Virus record (IMG/VR): IMGVR_UViG_3300024261_002043
Coordinates: 32,001-96,000 of that record
Strand: one strand, 5' to 3'
DNA: 64,000 bases
Source: a virus
A program made the position numbers and the translations under genes. The notes under the pieces are model-generated. The model was given only the letters and a program-made list of their open reading frames with translations, was not told the DNA's origin and ran no database searches. Positions 49,966 to 59,877 of the stretch are shown piece after piece. Each line of letters starts with the position of its first letter. Position 1 is the stretch's first letter.

Positions 49966-50324
49966 GTCTGCATAGCCTGAATATGTACTTTACCAGTAAA
50001 GTTCGCGCTAGCTTCTATAACAGCAATAGCTTTTCTACCTGCGCCGCTAGGAACAGACTGTAGTTCTATAGACCTGATAAATAAATTAATATCAGCCCCC
50101 GGAGCATCGTCTCCTACTGCTGTGACAGTCACAGTGGGTGCCGTTGTATAAGGACCATCTAGCGTTACGCTTTTTATTGCTTCGTCATTAAAGTCTAAAA
50201 TTACAGATTCTAAAACAACATCCCCTGATCCTTCTATTTGAAGCCCTGGGCGTGGTTCAGCTCTAAACCTTGGGTAAACTTTTCTAAAACGATTACGATC
50301 ATATTGTTTTGTTCTTGCAGACAT
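49962..50324 (-). CDS. Small structural protein (fibre-associated, lectin-like YTTAPTVTVT motif)
   Basis: First gene of the fibre operon; GAGGTG SD. Confidence 0.6.
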   Translation of the reverse strand: MSARTKQYDRNRFRKVYPRFRAEPRPGLQIEGSGDVVLESVILDFNDEAIKSVTLDGPYTTAPTVTVTAVGDDAPGADINLFIRSIELQSVPSGAGRKAIAVIEASANFTGKVHIQAMQT

Positions 50325-50342
50325 TTATAGACACCTCAAGCT

Positions 50343-50349
50343 TAAATAT
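50343..50349 (-). promoter_or_regulatory. Candidate late promoter ATATTTA
   Basis: About 19 nt upstream of the fibre operon start. Confidence 0.5.
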
Positions 50350-50362
50350 GTACTTAGAGCGC

Positions 50363-51679
50363 TTAAAGAATCTCTGATGCAATTGAGGCGATATTAGATC
50401 TTTGACCCTTGACTAATTGAATGTGCGCGGCTTCCACATGGTTTCTAAATTTATGAACAACTATAGACAGTCCGTTACTTAACCTGTCTATGTACGGAGT
50501 ATCGATCTGGTCCGTATCTCCCAACAATACGATTTTAGAATTCTTTCCAACTCTAGTTATAATTGTTTTTAACTCATGAACTGTTGCGTTTTGAGCTTCA
50601 TCAACTATCACATACGAGTCATTGAAAGTTCTCCCTCTGATATATGCTAGAGGAGCTACCTCTAACTCTCCTCTTCCCATCATCATTTCAAAATATGTTA
50701 AATCTCTATCACCCATCATTGTTCGAAAATTATCCATTACCGGAGCAAGCCAAGGTGCCATTTTTTCGTCTATGTTCCCTGGTAGATATCCCAAGTCTTT
50801 ACCTACAGGTTGCAGCGACCTGCTGATTATGATCCTGTTGTATCTACCCTCTTGTATACCATCCAAACCAGCCATCAAGGCAACATATGTTTTACCAGAT
50901 CCAGCGATTCCAGTTAGTGTGACTAATTCAATATCACTTCGTAATAGTGCTTCGACCGCAAATTTTTGCTCTTTATTTTTTGACTTAAAATTACTCATCG
51001 CCGAACCCGGCTCATGCTTAAGTGGCGAAAGTATACCACCTCTATACATTGCTATAAGCGAGTTGCCCTCAGCGCTGGTCGCAATAACGAATTCATTTTC
51101 GTATAGAGAGGTTTTATCGTTATTAATCTCTAAAGTGCCATCCTCAAAAAAGCTGTCTATTTCGGACTGTGTAAGACTAACTTCTTTATACCCACTAAAC
51201 GTAGTATTAGCGTCATCCAGATGGTCTTTGTAATAATCCTCAGAAGCTATCCCTAAGGCATCGCACTTAACTCTTAGGTTGATGTCCTTGGTAACTACAA
51301 CTAAAGGCCTCTCGTCGTCTCTGTCAGCCTCTAGCAAGCATGTTGCGAGTATCCTATTGTCTGCTCTATCTCTTGCCAACCCGGTTGGTAGAGAAGATAC
51401 ATCTTCCGCTATTTCTATTCTTACTGTCTGGTCTATAGATAGTTCTTCTTGAACCTGTATACCTTCATCAAGTCTGCCGAACTCCCTCAACTGGTCTAAA
51501 AACCGATTAACATACCTCGCTGCATCTCCGAGTACGCCTTGCTTTTCCTTAAATTTATCTATCTCATCTATAACCTGAAGTGGTAGAATTATATCATTAC
51601 CAGGAAATGAGTGGATAGACTTTTTGTCATAAAGCAGTACGCTAGTGTCGATGATAAAACGCTTTCTTTTAGATATCAA
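50363..51679 (-). CDS. phoH: PIN-PhoH protein (PhoH2/YlaK-like RNase-ATPase)
   Basis: PIN motifs IIDTSVLL..DNRIL..TKDINLRVK; Walker A GIAGSGKT; GYLPG, RGRTF, VDEAQN, GDTDQID. Confidence 0.95.
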   Translation of the reverse strand: MISKRKRFIIDTSVLLYDKKSIHSFPGNDIILPLQVIDEIDKFKEKQGVLGDAARYVNRFLDQLREFGRLDEGIQVQEELSIDQTVRIEIAEDVSSLPTGLARDRADNRILATCLLEADRDDERPLVVVTKDINLRVKCDALGIASEDYYKDHLDDANTTFSGYKEVSLTQSEIDSFFEDGTLEINNDKTSLYENEFVIATSAEGNSLIAMYRGGILSPLKHEPGSAMSNFKSKNKEQKFAVEALLRSDIELVTLTGIAGSGKTYVALMAGLDGIQEGRYNRIIISRSLQPVGKDLGYLPGNIDEKMAPWLAPVMDNFRTMMGDRDLTYFEMMMGRGELEVAPLAYIRGRTFNDSYVIVDEAQNATVHELKTIITRVGKNSKIVLLGDTDQIDTPYIDRLSNGLSIVVHKFRNHVEAAHIQLVKGQRSNIASIASEIL

Positions 51680-51759
51680 AATAAACTCCTTGAAAAACTG
51701 ATACTTCCAATTATAAAATTAAGCATTATTATGATTAATAAAACTCCTTGGAGGAAGTT

Positions 51760-52065
51760 ATGGCTAGAAAAAGCTCTAAAAAAGACCCTACACTAATAAA
51801 CATAGGTGAGCCTATAGAGGGTGAAACATGTTTTAACGTGCATAAGGAATGCTTCGCTGTTTGTCTTGAGAAGGAATGTAGATATTGGCAAGACATGAAT
51901 GGATCAAACCAAAACTGCATTATTAATGCTTCCAACTCTAGCCCGCTTACGCTGCAAGAAGTTGGAAATATTTTTAGTGTCACAAGAATGAGAATATGTC
52001 AAATTGAAAAATCGGCAAAAGAAATACTCAAAGGTATTTTTGAAAAAAGCGATAGAATAACTTAA
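51760..52065 (+). CDS. Stand-alone sigma-70 region 4 HTH protein with Cys-rich N-terminus
   Basis: LTLQEVGNIFSVTRMRICQIEKSA; GGAGG SD before ATG 51760. Confidence 0.85.
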   Translation: MARKSSKKDPTLINIGEPIEGETCFNVHKECFAVCLEKECRYWQDMNGSNQNCIINASNSSPLTLQEVGNIFSVTRMRICQIEKSAKEILKGIFEKSDRIT

Positions 52066-52106
52066 CATACAATTTTAAGTATAACAGATGAAGACAGCGT
52101 TTCAAT

Positions 52107-52132
52107 AAAAAAAGAGGGGCTTAAGCCCCTCT
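52107..52132 (-). terminator. Rho-independent terminator
   Basis: AGAGGGGC-TTAA-GCCCCTCT perfect stem with a T-run on the minus strand, between convergent genes. Confidence 0.9.
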
Positions 52133-52159
52133 CATAAGTCGCCATCACATATGTGTTGA

Positions 52160-52348
52160 CTACTTTTGTACCTCTAGTGTCATCTTAACAAGACTAGCAG
52201 CCTTTGACTTAAGCTCTCTTAAGCCTCTTCTAGCTCGTACGCCAGCCGACTTATTTCCATGTGCATTTTTGTGCACATCAAGCTCTACTTCTTCTACTAG
52301 AGCCTTTAGCTCTTCCCAATTTTCTAGAATGTTTGTTGAATCACTCAT
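52160..52348 (-). CDS. Histone H1-like nucleoid protein (Hc1 family)
   Basis: GNKSAGVRARRGLRELK signature; GGAGG SD. Confidence 0.8.
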   Translation of the reverse strand: MSDSTNILENWEELKALVEEVELDVHKNAHGNKSAGVRARRGLRELKSKAASLVKMTLEVQK

Positions 52349-52622
52349 TTTCAGTTCCTCCAGGATATAATATTTTAACGTGATTTTTGTCTGTGTTATC
52401 AGACTCTACAGGATCTATAGTGCTCCTGATATTTACCATTAACTCTCTATCTTCTAACTCTAATGCTAATGCGCTTATGATAGACTTAATCTGAGTCTGA
52501 TTAACTCCGAAGCGTAAAATTTCAGAAACTATTTCCCTAGATTTCTTTATATCATTAAGCCAATTAGCATCATCTTTCTCTACTGTGACATTAACATCTT
52601 GATCTTGTATTAAACTAGTCAT
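52341..52622 (-). CDS. Hypothetical protein
   Basis: 93 aa ORF overlapping both neighbours (operonic). Confidence 0.7.
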   Translation of the reverse strand: MTSLIQDQDVNVTVEKDDANWLNDIKKSREIVSEILRFGVNQTQIKSIISALALELEDRELMVNIRSTIDPVESDNTDKNHVKILYPGGTENE

Positions 52623-53083
52623 TCAATAACCTCACTTCTGGAAAATGGTTCAATCTCAAATGTCCCATCCCCTTTATGCTTTAAAATCTTACCTGTTTTT
52701 CTTCCATCGTTAAATTCATGTGATAACACTATAAAGTCTTTCGTAGAGTTATCTAGCATAAACTTAACAAACTCAAAATCAGCCAATTCACAATTGTAAG
52801 AGTCTAATAACTTGATAATAGATTCAGGAATAAAAAGTCTTATATCTTCTATCGTGATAGAAGAAGCAGTACCTTCAAAATTATGAAGTATTTCTGATTG
52901 ACAATGTCCAGTCACCCGGTGCAAGATCCCACAATTATTACAATTTGTATGCTTCTCAACCAACGTAGCGTCTTCATTCTCAATAGAAAAAACCACAAAG
53001 CTATGTAGCGGCGGATCTTTCTTAGACTTAAGGGTAGGTAATATACATCTACACTGTATTAAATGCTTTACCCCTTTGCTCAT
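52619..53083 (-). CDS. Putative Zn-binding protein
   Basis: CxC ... CxxC-x3-H-x5-C pattern. Confidence 0.65.
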   Translation of the reverse strand: MSKGVKHLIQCRCILPTLKSKKDPPLHSFVVFSIENEDATLVEKHTNCNNCGILHRVTGHCQSEILHNFEGTASSITIEDIRLFIPESIIKLLDSYNCELADFEFVKFMLDNSTKDFIVLSHEFNDGRKTGKILKHKGDGTFEIEPFSRSEVIE

Positions 53084-53346
53084 TATAGCTTCGTGGCCAT
53101 GATCTTAGAAAAGCTATCAGAAATAACACTTTCCATTGTAGCTGTTATTTTAGAAACAGTATCACGCTCAACTCCATCGGTGACTGCCATCGTCGCTAAA
53201 GCAGCAGCGACTTGATCTTGCGTAAACGTTCTACAGTTTAAGAACAATTCTATACATTCTTTTCTAGTAAGAGTAGTTTCTGTTTCAGTACCGGGTAGTA
53301 CGAACGTGTCCATCTCTTCAACGATTTTCTTTTTTCCTCTTGGCAT
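53083..53346 (-). CDS. Hypothetical protein
   Basis: 87 aa, GGAGG SD, TAATG overlap with the next gene. Confidence 0.7.
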   Translation of the reverse strand: MPRGKKKIVEEMDTFVLPGTETETTLTRKECIELFLNCRTFTQDQVAAALATMAVTDGVERDTVSKITATMESVISDSFSKIMATKL

Positions 53347-53376
53347 GAGTAACCTCCAAATTTTCTATAACCAAAA

Positions 53377-53850
53377 TTACTTTGCATATGCGTCTGCTAA
53401 CCATGACGATGCCCAAGCATCTGGTTTAACAACACACCTATACCCTTGAGATTTTACCCAGGATGTTGCAGAAGTAAACACTAAAGAAGACTTGTACATT
53501 TTATTTGGGTTAATATCTAGATGCACGCTGACATCATCTCTGCTGGTATGTGATGAAACAAGATCAGCTAAAAGTAGGGCTCTTTCAACCTCACCTAGTA
53601 GTCTTAATTTCATATTTAAGAAGTTTTTACGCTTTAGTATTTTTCTAGCAAAGAAGTATGTTCCTCCTTTTCCCGGAGTTATAATCGCAACTACTATGGC
53701 ATATACACAATTGTTTTTTACGAAGTGAGAATCACATCCGACATGTATCATGCTTGATTTACCAACACTAGATAGAAACTCTAGCATGCTACTTAATTTA
53801 ACAGGCTTATGTTGCGCGTTATGCCAGCTTAAGGAATCTAAGGGTGACAT
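53377..53850 (-). CDS. RNase H-like YkuK (DUF458) family protein
   Basis: HVGCDSH, RLLGEV, VHLDIN, VKPDAWASS..AD. Confidence 0.88.
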   Translation of the reverse strand: MSPLDSLSWHNAQHKPVKLSSMLEFLSSVGKSSMIHVGCDSHFVKNNCVYAIVVAIITPGKGGTYFFARKILKRKNFLNMKLRLLGEVERALLLADLVSSHTSRDDVSVHLDINPNKMYKSSLVFTSATSWVKSQGYRCVVKPDAWASSWLADAYAK

Positions 53851-55130
53851 TAATCATCTTCCAATCTAATGATCGCTTTGATATTATTGATGATAGTACG
53901 GTCACTAACTGCTCTTCGTACGGCGGCCGCGGCGTCATTAGCTGGTAAATACTTTATATGATAATTATCAAAGAAATTGCTTCTTGCATTTATAACTCCT
54001 TGATTCGCGCATCTTGATATGTGGGAGAAAAAAGAGCCAAGTTTATCATCTATGATAGGCTTTTCCTGAGGATCAGCTTTTAGATCAAGTATGACATTAC
54101 GAAGAGAGAGCTTGGAAAGTCTAGACTCCAGAATGTCTCTTACATCGTCGACGTTCGATTCATTGAGCTTCTTCTTTATACTAGATCTTAAGTTGTTAAT
54201 GCGAGTCAACTGTTGGTCACCTGGTATTATTGACAGCCTTTTGTTTGCTGTGTTGTAAGATACCCTGACGCTTTCGTAGTCCTCAGCATCCACTGAACTT
54301 AACCTGTTACCTATATCCTTAGTTATTGGTGTCACACCGCATACTGTAGCAATATCCTTAATCTCATTAACACTAGCTACGGAGTCTTCAACAATGAAAG
54401 GTATAACGCTAGTATTTCCCTTTTGCCAGTTAACGAATAGTGTGTTATTAACGTCATCAGAGTATCCTGTAGATACTATAACCGCCTTCTGCTTCGTATT
54501 GTAGCAATACTCTAAGATGTGATGTATCTCACTAACTTCTATTATTTTACCGTTTATGACAAAAACCTTACAGCTACTGAAATCGAAATTGTCTAGATAA
54601 CCTTCAAAAAATTCGCTTAAAAAACAACCAGCTATAAAGCCGCTATCAACCACCAATGTTTCTTCAACACTATTAGAGATCTTTGTTGATATACTTCCTG
54701 AAGCTCCCGCTACATTAACTGCCATTATTAAGTCGTCCATATTATTAAGCATGAACAGATCATCGCAATCTTCTTTAAGACAATTTATTACCTCTGTTGA
54801 ACCAACACGTCGACCTCTTAATTTTGTGTCGCTTATTATAGAGCTGTCGTTTAGACATTTAATATAAAGCTCTATTGCATGAGGACAAGCTCTATTTATC
54901 TTGACAAGACTAGATATAACAAGGTTCTTGATGGAGGACTCGCTATTGTTTAGCCAATATAGAAATGTTCGGAAAGTATCGATCCACCCGACATCATAGA
55001 TAGATGCACCTGCGAGTAGAGAATAGTCTTTGTTTTCTAGCGATTTAGAAAACTTCTTTATGTCTTTAAGAAAGTCACCCTTGATTTTGTCTAAAGGATC
55101 GCCTGTAATGACATCGCTTTTGCTCTTCAT
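53850..55130 (-). CDS. Divergent, shortened GroEL/Cpn60-like protein lacking the ATP-binding motif
   Basis: Apical-domain-like KVFVINGKIIEVSEIHHILE..KAVIV..DDVNNTLFVN; DDVRDILESRLSKLS resembles GroEL DYDREKLQERVAKL; no GDGTTT. Confidence 0.65.
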   Translation of the reverse strand: MKSKSDVITGDPLDKIKGDFLKDIKKFSKSLENKDYSLLAGASIYDVGWIDTFRTFLYWLNNSESSIKNLVISSLVKINRACPHAIELYIKCLNDSSIISDTKLRGRRVGSTEVINCLKEDCDDLFMLNNMDDLIMAVNVAGASGSISTKISNSVEETLVVDSGFIAGCFLSEFFEGYLDNFDFSSCKVFVINGKIIEVSEIHHILEYCYNTKQKAVIVSTGYSDDVNNTLFVNWQKGNTSVIPFIVEDSVASVNEIKDIATVCGVTPITKDIGNRLSSVDAEDYESVRVSYNTANKRLSIIPGDQQLTRINNLRSSIKKKLNESNVDDVRDILESRLSKLSLRNVILDLKADPQEKPIIDDKLGSFFSHISRCANQGVINARSNFFDNYHIKYLPANDAAAAVRRAVSDRTIINNIKAIIRLEDD

Positions 55131-55140
55131 AACACCTCAC

Positions 55141-55431
55141 TTAATGAAGGTTGGTATCATATTTTTTCTTTTCTGACTCTTTAGATACATCTGTCTTAAA
55201 TGTTGAAAACAATTGACCTAGCGCTTGACCTAATTCTTCTGCTTGCTCATTTAAAAGCTTAGCAGTGCTTTCAACTTCTTCTCTATTTTCTTTCTTTTCT
55301 TGCATTTCAAAAGCGTATCTACAAAACGCAAATAATGCTGCACAGCCCCCAACAATCAATGAAGTTGTTAGGTCATGCCAAGAAAGAATTATGGCAAAAA
55401 CTAAAAAATACTCTGGAAACCCGAACCTCAT
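55141..55431 (-). CDS. Small membrane protein
   Basis: Two N-terminal hydrophobic segments and a charged coiled-coil tail. Confidence 0.7.
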   Translation of the reverse strand: MRFGFPEYFLVFAIILSWHDLTTSLIVGGCAALFAFCRYAFEMQEKKENREEVESTAKLLNEQAEELGQALGQLFSTFKTDVSKESEKKKYDTNLH

Positions 55432-55440
55432 TTTATCTCC

Positions 55441-57366
55441 CTAGCTGTCACGCCATAGGTTATTACTGGCATACACTAAAATTTCTTCTGCGGAATCAGC
55501 TGTATAACCATAATCGTCTATTAGCGTTTGTACCATAGAAGAATATTTTTGCTGTTGCTCATCGTCTCTTGTCTTAGACTTAGTAACTATTCTAGCAAGG
55601 TCTTTTACAGAGGTTATGAGGTACGTCTCAATAGCTTCCTTAAGCGGTTCGTAAGAAGTGTAGTCTACTACTTCGCTTCTTCTCATCTTTGAAAACATAT
55701 AAGCAGTAACGTCAGCCCTGAACCCATCTTTACCAGCTCCACTAACCCCTATCGTAGACTCTATAGCGCGCATGAAGTTTTCATCAGGGTTCATATCTTC
55801 ATTGGTAACGCGGTCTTTCATTCTATTCTTTGTCGTATACGCTTCTGCGTTATCAAGATAGTTCTCAAATATTGACTGAGCTTGCTCTTCATATGCCGAT
55901 ATAAATGCCTTAGCTATTTCATTCTCTAATATTCTGAGATATTCATTTCTGACAACGTTACGAATTAACTCAAGGCATTTGTCTTGAAATTCTCTGTCTA
56001 TAATCTGGTCTTTGACCTGTTTGATCAGCGCATCCATTATTGATATAGGAGTTATAAAGGATTTATCTGAATCGCTTAATGCATTATCGACGGCTTTCAT
56101 GATAAATCTAGTAGATATACCCTTCATACCTTCATCATGAGCTTCGTCTCTTAAGTCTCTGATATCGATCTTTTTGACTCTGCCTTTCTCGACAACTTCC
56201 TCGCCGTTATATAATTTAAGCTTAGTAAGAAGGTCACACTTCTGACTCTCCTTTAGTCTACTGAGAACGGAGAACATCGAAGCGACTCTAATGGTATGTG
56301 GCGCGACATGAGCGTCAAAGTTTGATCTAGATAAAATCTTCTCGTATATCTTTATCTCTTGTTCAAGCTCCAATACATACGGCACATTTATCTTTACCAC
56401 TCTGTCTAATATTGCTTCATTAGTATGTTCACTCTGGAAGCGGTTCCACTCTGCTTCATTACAGTGAGCCAATATAACACCATCGAAGTAAAGCATGTCG
56501 TGCTTACCCGGGGCCGGTACTCTCTTCTCCTGTGTCGCAGTGATGATGGTATGGAGAAATTCAATCTCGTTCTTAAAGACCTCCACAAGTTCGACTATGC
56601 CTCGATTACCAACATTAAACGCACCATTTAAGGAGAGCGCTCGAGGGTCATCTTCGGAATACCTGTCAAGCTTAGAGATATCTTCAGATCCAATTAGTAC
56701 AGAGACATCTTGACTATTGGCGTCCATAGGTGGGACAGAAGCTACGCCTCTTCTAGCTCTTTGGGAGAATGTGGTTTCCTTAACCATAAAGTCTTCATAT
56801 CGGCCGTCGTACTCTTCAAAAAGTAGATGTCTGGCAACAGGAGAAAGATCACCCTCAATATTCACATCTAGCATATCATTGAATTTATTCCTTAGTGATC
56901 TAGGAACTAGCTGTAGGGGCTCACCACGCTGCGGATCATTCTTGAGATGATAATACGGCTTGCCGTCTAGAGCGCTTTTAATATGCTCTGTCAGTGCAGA
57001 CTTACCAGCGCCAACGGGACCCATTAGCAAAAGTACTTGTCTACTTTCTTCTCCCTTAAGCGCTGCTGATCTTAAGAACCTCATTAATTTAGATATGACA
57101 CTCTCCATACCAAAGAATTCACTTTGAAAGTAGTCATACGTTTTTATGTTGTCACCATCGAATAGCTTATGCTTTCGCGGATCAGAATCGTCCATTCTAG
57201 AAATACCTTCCTCAGCGATGGAGTCATAAAGTCTTTTATGCGCATGATCAGTTAGGGTAGGGTCTTTCTCTACAAGAGAAAGGTATTCAAGAAACGTTCC
57301 TTCAAACTTCTCTTTTTTCTTTTCTTCTCGTTGCGTCTTTATAATATCTAAATAGTTTTTGGCCAT
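55441..57366 (-). CDS. prkA: PrkA/YeaG family AAA+ serine protein kinase/ATPase
   Basis: FFGME, Walker A GPVGAGKS, DVSVLIGSEDISKL, NRGIVELVEVFK, NEAILDR, EGMKGISTRF. Confidence 0.95.
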   Translation of the reverse strand: MAKNYLDIIKTQREEKKKEKFEGTFLEYLSLVEKDPTLTDHAHKRLYDSIAEEGISRMDDSDPRKHKLFDGDNIKTYDYFQSEFFGMESVISKLMRFLRSAALKGEESRQVLLLMGPVGAGKSALTEHIKSALDGKPYYHLKNDPQRGEPLQLVPRSLRNKFNDMLDVNIEGDLSPVARHLLFEEYDGRYEDFMVKETTFSQRARRGVASVPPMDANSQDVSVLIGSEDISKLDRYSEDDPRALSLNGAFNVGNRGIVELVEVFKNEIEFLHTIITATQEKRVPAPGKHDMLYFDGVILAHCNEAEWNRFQSEHTNEAILDRVVKINVPYVLELEQEIKIYEKILSRSNFDAHVAPHTIRVASMFSVLSRLKESQKCDLLTKLKLYNGEEVVEKGRVKKIDIRDLRDEAHDEGMKGISTRFIMKAVDNALSDSDKSFITPISIMDALIKQVKDQIIDREFQDKCLELIRNVVRNEYLRILENEIAKAFISAYEEQAQSIFENYLDNAEAYTTKNRMKDRVTNEDMNPDENFMRAIESTIGVSGAGKDGFRADVTAYMFSKMRRSEVVDYTSYEPLKEAIETYLITSVKDLARIVTKSKTRDDEQQQKYSSMVQTLIDDYGYTADSAEEILVYASNNLWRDS

Positions 57367-57377
57367 TTTATCCTCTG

Positions 57378-58682
57378 CTAGATTTCGAAAGGTTCGTCTT
57401 CTATTATTGTGTCAAGTTTGACAACATCACCCCATAATGCGCTGATGTGCCGGCATACTACGTCTGCATATTCTAGTTCCAGGTCTCTTCCATCATGATC
57501 ATGAACCAAGCATAGAACATTAGATTCGTCTATATCATCAACCATTATTATTGGAATACTATTACCTCCGACCTGTTTGATTAGGTCTTCCCTAATATTT
57601 TTCCACCCTTGTCCATCACCGACGTCATCTATTTTATATTCATCCTTATGTAACGAATAGCTGAATAGTTCAAGATCTTCACAGTCTTGTTGCGTCAAGT
57701 ATTGTCTTATAAAGCTTTCATCGTTTAAAGATTCTCTAGCTATGAAGCACTCTTCAAGCCCGAATCTTTCTTCTATTCTCTTGAACATATGAAAACCTAA
57801 GTGGTATGGGTTTATCGATCCAGGATGAGGTCTTATGACTTCGTTGTGTGTCTTTAAGAAGGGTATGTGCATACTAGATGGAAGGTCCAGATCATGCATT
57901 AGTCTATAATGCCAAAAAGAAGCCCATCCTTCATTCATTACTTTAGTTCTAATTTGAGGCATAAAATAATACGCTTCATCAGCCACTATACTGATCAGCT
58001 CTCTTTGCCAATCTTCTAGATTAGGGCTAACGTCTGCTATAAACGAAAGTATATCTTCTTCAGGTTGTATCGGTATCTTATTATGATCTGGTACATGTAA
58101 TCTATTTGAATAAAGCCCGAGCTTTATGTCTTCAACTAATTTATTCTGCTGCTGCTTTTGAGGAACATATTTCTTATACCTTCTAGGGACGTTCATGTTT
58201 AGAGCGTGCGCTGAATCTAGAATGCGCTCTACAGCCTCTATCCCTATACTAGGATCCTCTATTAAACCATCGACATATCTCTTCGCGTTACGCATACGTA
58301 ATATAATATTTTCTGGATGTGTATGACTAAACGTTGCGTTATTCTTAAAGAAATCAGAATGACCGATACAGTGAGCCATGATAAGCACTTGAAGGTACAT
58401 GGGGTTCTCTTCCATTAGGTAAGCCAATGAAGGATTGCTATTTATGATTAATTCATATGGTAGCCCTTGCATACCTGAATTATACATTATATGATTTCTT
58501 TCAAATGACTTACCGAAACTCCAGTGCGCGTAATGAGATGGCATACCATGGTATGCCATGCTGCCGATCATTTCATAGTAGTCACAAGTTTCGTATGCTA
58601 ACTCAAACCAGTCAAGTCCATAGTCTGCTGCCATTTTACACAGCTTTTCATCCCATACTTTTAAATTATTTAGAAAGTTCAT
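57378..58682 (-). CDS. spoVR: SpoVR/YcgB family protein
   Basis: GMPSHYAHWSFGK, YELIINSNP, AHCIGHSDFFKNN, TKVMNEGWASFWH, NPYHLG. Confidence 0.96.
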   Translation of the reverse strand: MNFLNNLKVWDEKLCKMAADYGLDWFELAYETCDYYEMIGSMAYHGMPSHYAHWSFGKSFERNHIMYNSGMQGLPYELIINSNPSLAYLMEENPMYLQVLIMAHCIGHSDFFKNNATFSHTHPENIILRMRNAKRYVDGLIEDPSIGIEAVERILDSAHALNMNVPRRYKKYVPQKQQQNKLVEDIKLGLYSNRLHVPDHNKIPIQPEEDILSFIADVSPNLEDWQRELISIVADEAYYFMPQIRTKVMNEGWASFWHYRLMHDLDLPSSMHIPFLKTHNEVIRPHPGSINPYHLGFHMFKRIEERFGLEECFIARESLNDESFIRQYLTQQDCEDLELFSYSLHKDEYKIDDVGDGQGWKNIREDLIKQVGGNSIPIIMVDDIDESNVLCLVHDHDGRDLELEYADVVCRHISALWGDVVKLDTIIEDEPFEI

Positions 58683-59851
58683 GAAACCTCACCTTTAAAA
58701 AACTTATTGAATGCAGGCCAGATGTCTTCTTTATTGGCAATTGCAGCTGTTCTTAATTTTTCAGAAGACAATTTGCTAAATACTGATCCTAAGCTAGTTT
58801 CCTGTAGCCACTTCATACGCTCGGCAGAAGGTTCAATTTCACAATAACCGTAGAATTGTAACTTAGGTAATATCTGACCCACTAATTCTACAACAGCGTC
58901 ATTATCGCTAGGCCAGTTGTCACCATCAGACGAATGAAATACATAAGAATTCCATGATGATGGGTGGTACCTACTGTCTAATATTTCGTTAACGACCTTA
59001 AGCCCGCTAGAAGCTATTGTGCCACCAGAAGATCCTCTTTCAAAAAAGCTTTTTTCATCAACCTCACTAGCTTGAGACTCGTATGATACGAATGCTATTT
59101 CAACCTTATCATATCTAGACCTTACAAAGTGATATAATAGAAAAAAGAAGCTTCTTGATAAGAATTTTTTTGTGGTGCCCATTGAGCCGGATACATCCAT
59201 TAAGAAGAAAATAACGGCATTAGAAGTCTTCTTTTCTGTGACCTTGTAATGCTTGTATCGTAAGTCTTGCTCTATAAAAGAAAAAGATTCTTCTGACTCA
59301 CTCTCACGTTTTCCAGAGTGTTCTTCTTTCTTCATTCTCTTTATTCGCTGTATAGCAGACTTCTTTTTGTCTAGTCTAGGTCTTATACCTTTAGTTCTGT
59401 ATCCTCTTCTTTTTATCTTCTTTGCAACAACCTGAGCATTTTTTTTCTTTTCAAAATTTGGAAGTTCTAAGTCTTTAAACAGGTATTCTGCAACTTGCTC
59501 TAAAGTTAGTTCAACTTCATAAAATTCTTCCCCGGCTTTATTTCCTGCCTTTTCTGGCTTTCCTTTACCGGCTTTCTTTTTCTTCTTACCTATAACTTGA
59601 CCTCTCTCAAGGTCACTGCCAGCACCGGAACCTACAGAATGATTACCATTCTCTCCATACACAAATCTGTATTCTTTGATACCCCTTACAGGTATCTTAA
59701 ACTTCTTCTTTCCGCTTTCCCCAATAATAGATTCTTCAGCTACTATATTGTGGATGCCTTCTTTAATTGCCTTCTCTATTTTCTTTCTATGCCGACCGCG
59801 ATCTCCTGCGGATCTGTCAGCTATCGTTTTGTGCTTTTTAAAAATAGACAT
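58679..59851 (-). CDS. yeaH: YeaH/YhbH (DUF444) vWA-domain protein
   Basis: DRGRHR, LFKDLELPN, MIDAS motif MDVSGSM, GGT, SDGDNW; likely start at MSIFKK (59851), alternative 59872. Confidence 0.93.
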   Translation of the reverse strand: MSIFKKHKTIADRSAGDRGRHRKKIEKAIKEGIHNIVAEESIIGESGKKKFKIPVRGIKEYRFVYGENGNHSVGSGAGSDLERGQVIGKKKKKAGKGKPEKAGNKAGEEFYEVELTLEQVAEYLFKDLELPNFEKKKNAQVVAKKIKRRGYRTKGIRPRLDKKKSAIQRIKRMKKEEHSGKRESESEESFSFIEQDLRYKHYKVTEKKTSNAVIFFLMDVSGSMGTTKKFLSRSFFFLLYHFVRSRYDKVEIAFVSYESQASEVDEKSFFERGSSGGTIASSGLKVVNEILDSRYHPSSWNSYVFHSSDGDNWPSDNDAVVELVGQILPKLQFYGYCEIEPSAERMKWLQETSLGSVFSKLSSEKLRTAAIANKEDIWPAFNKFFKGEVS

Positions 59852-59877
59852 TCGTGTTGTAGGGTCTTTCATAATAC

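Noticed and set aside
51735-51983. Minus-strand 82-aa ORF
   Set aside because: It is antisense to the sigma region-4 gene, which has a clear motif and SD
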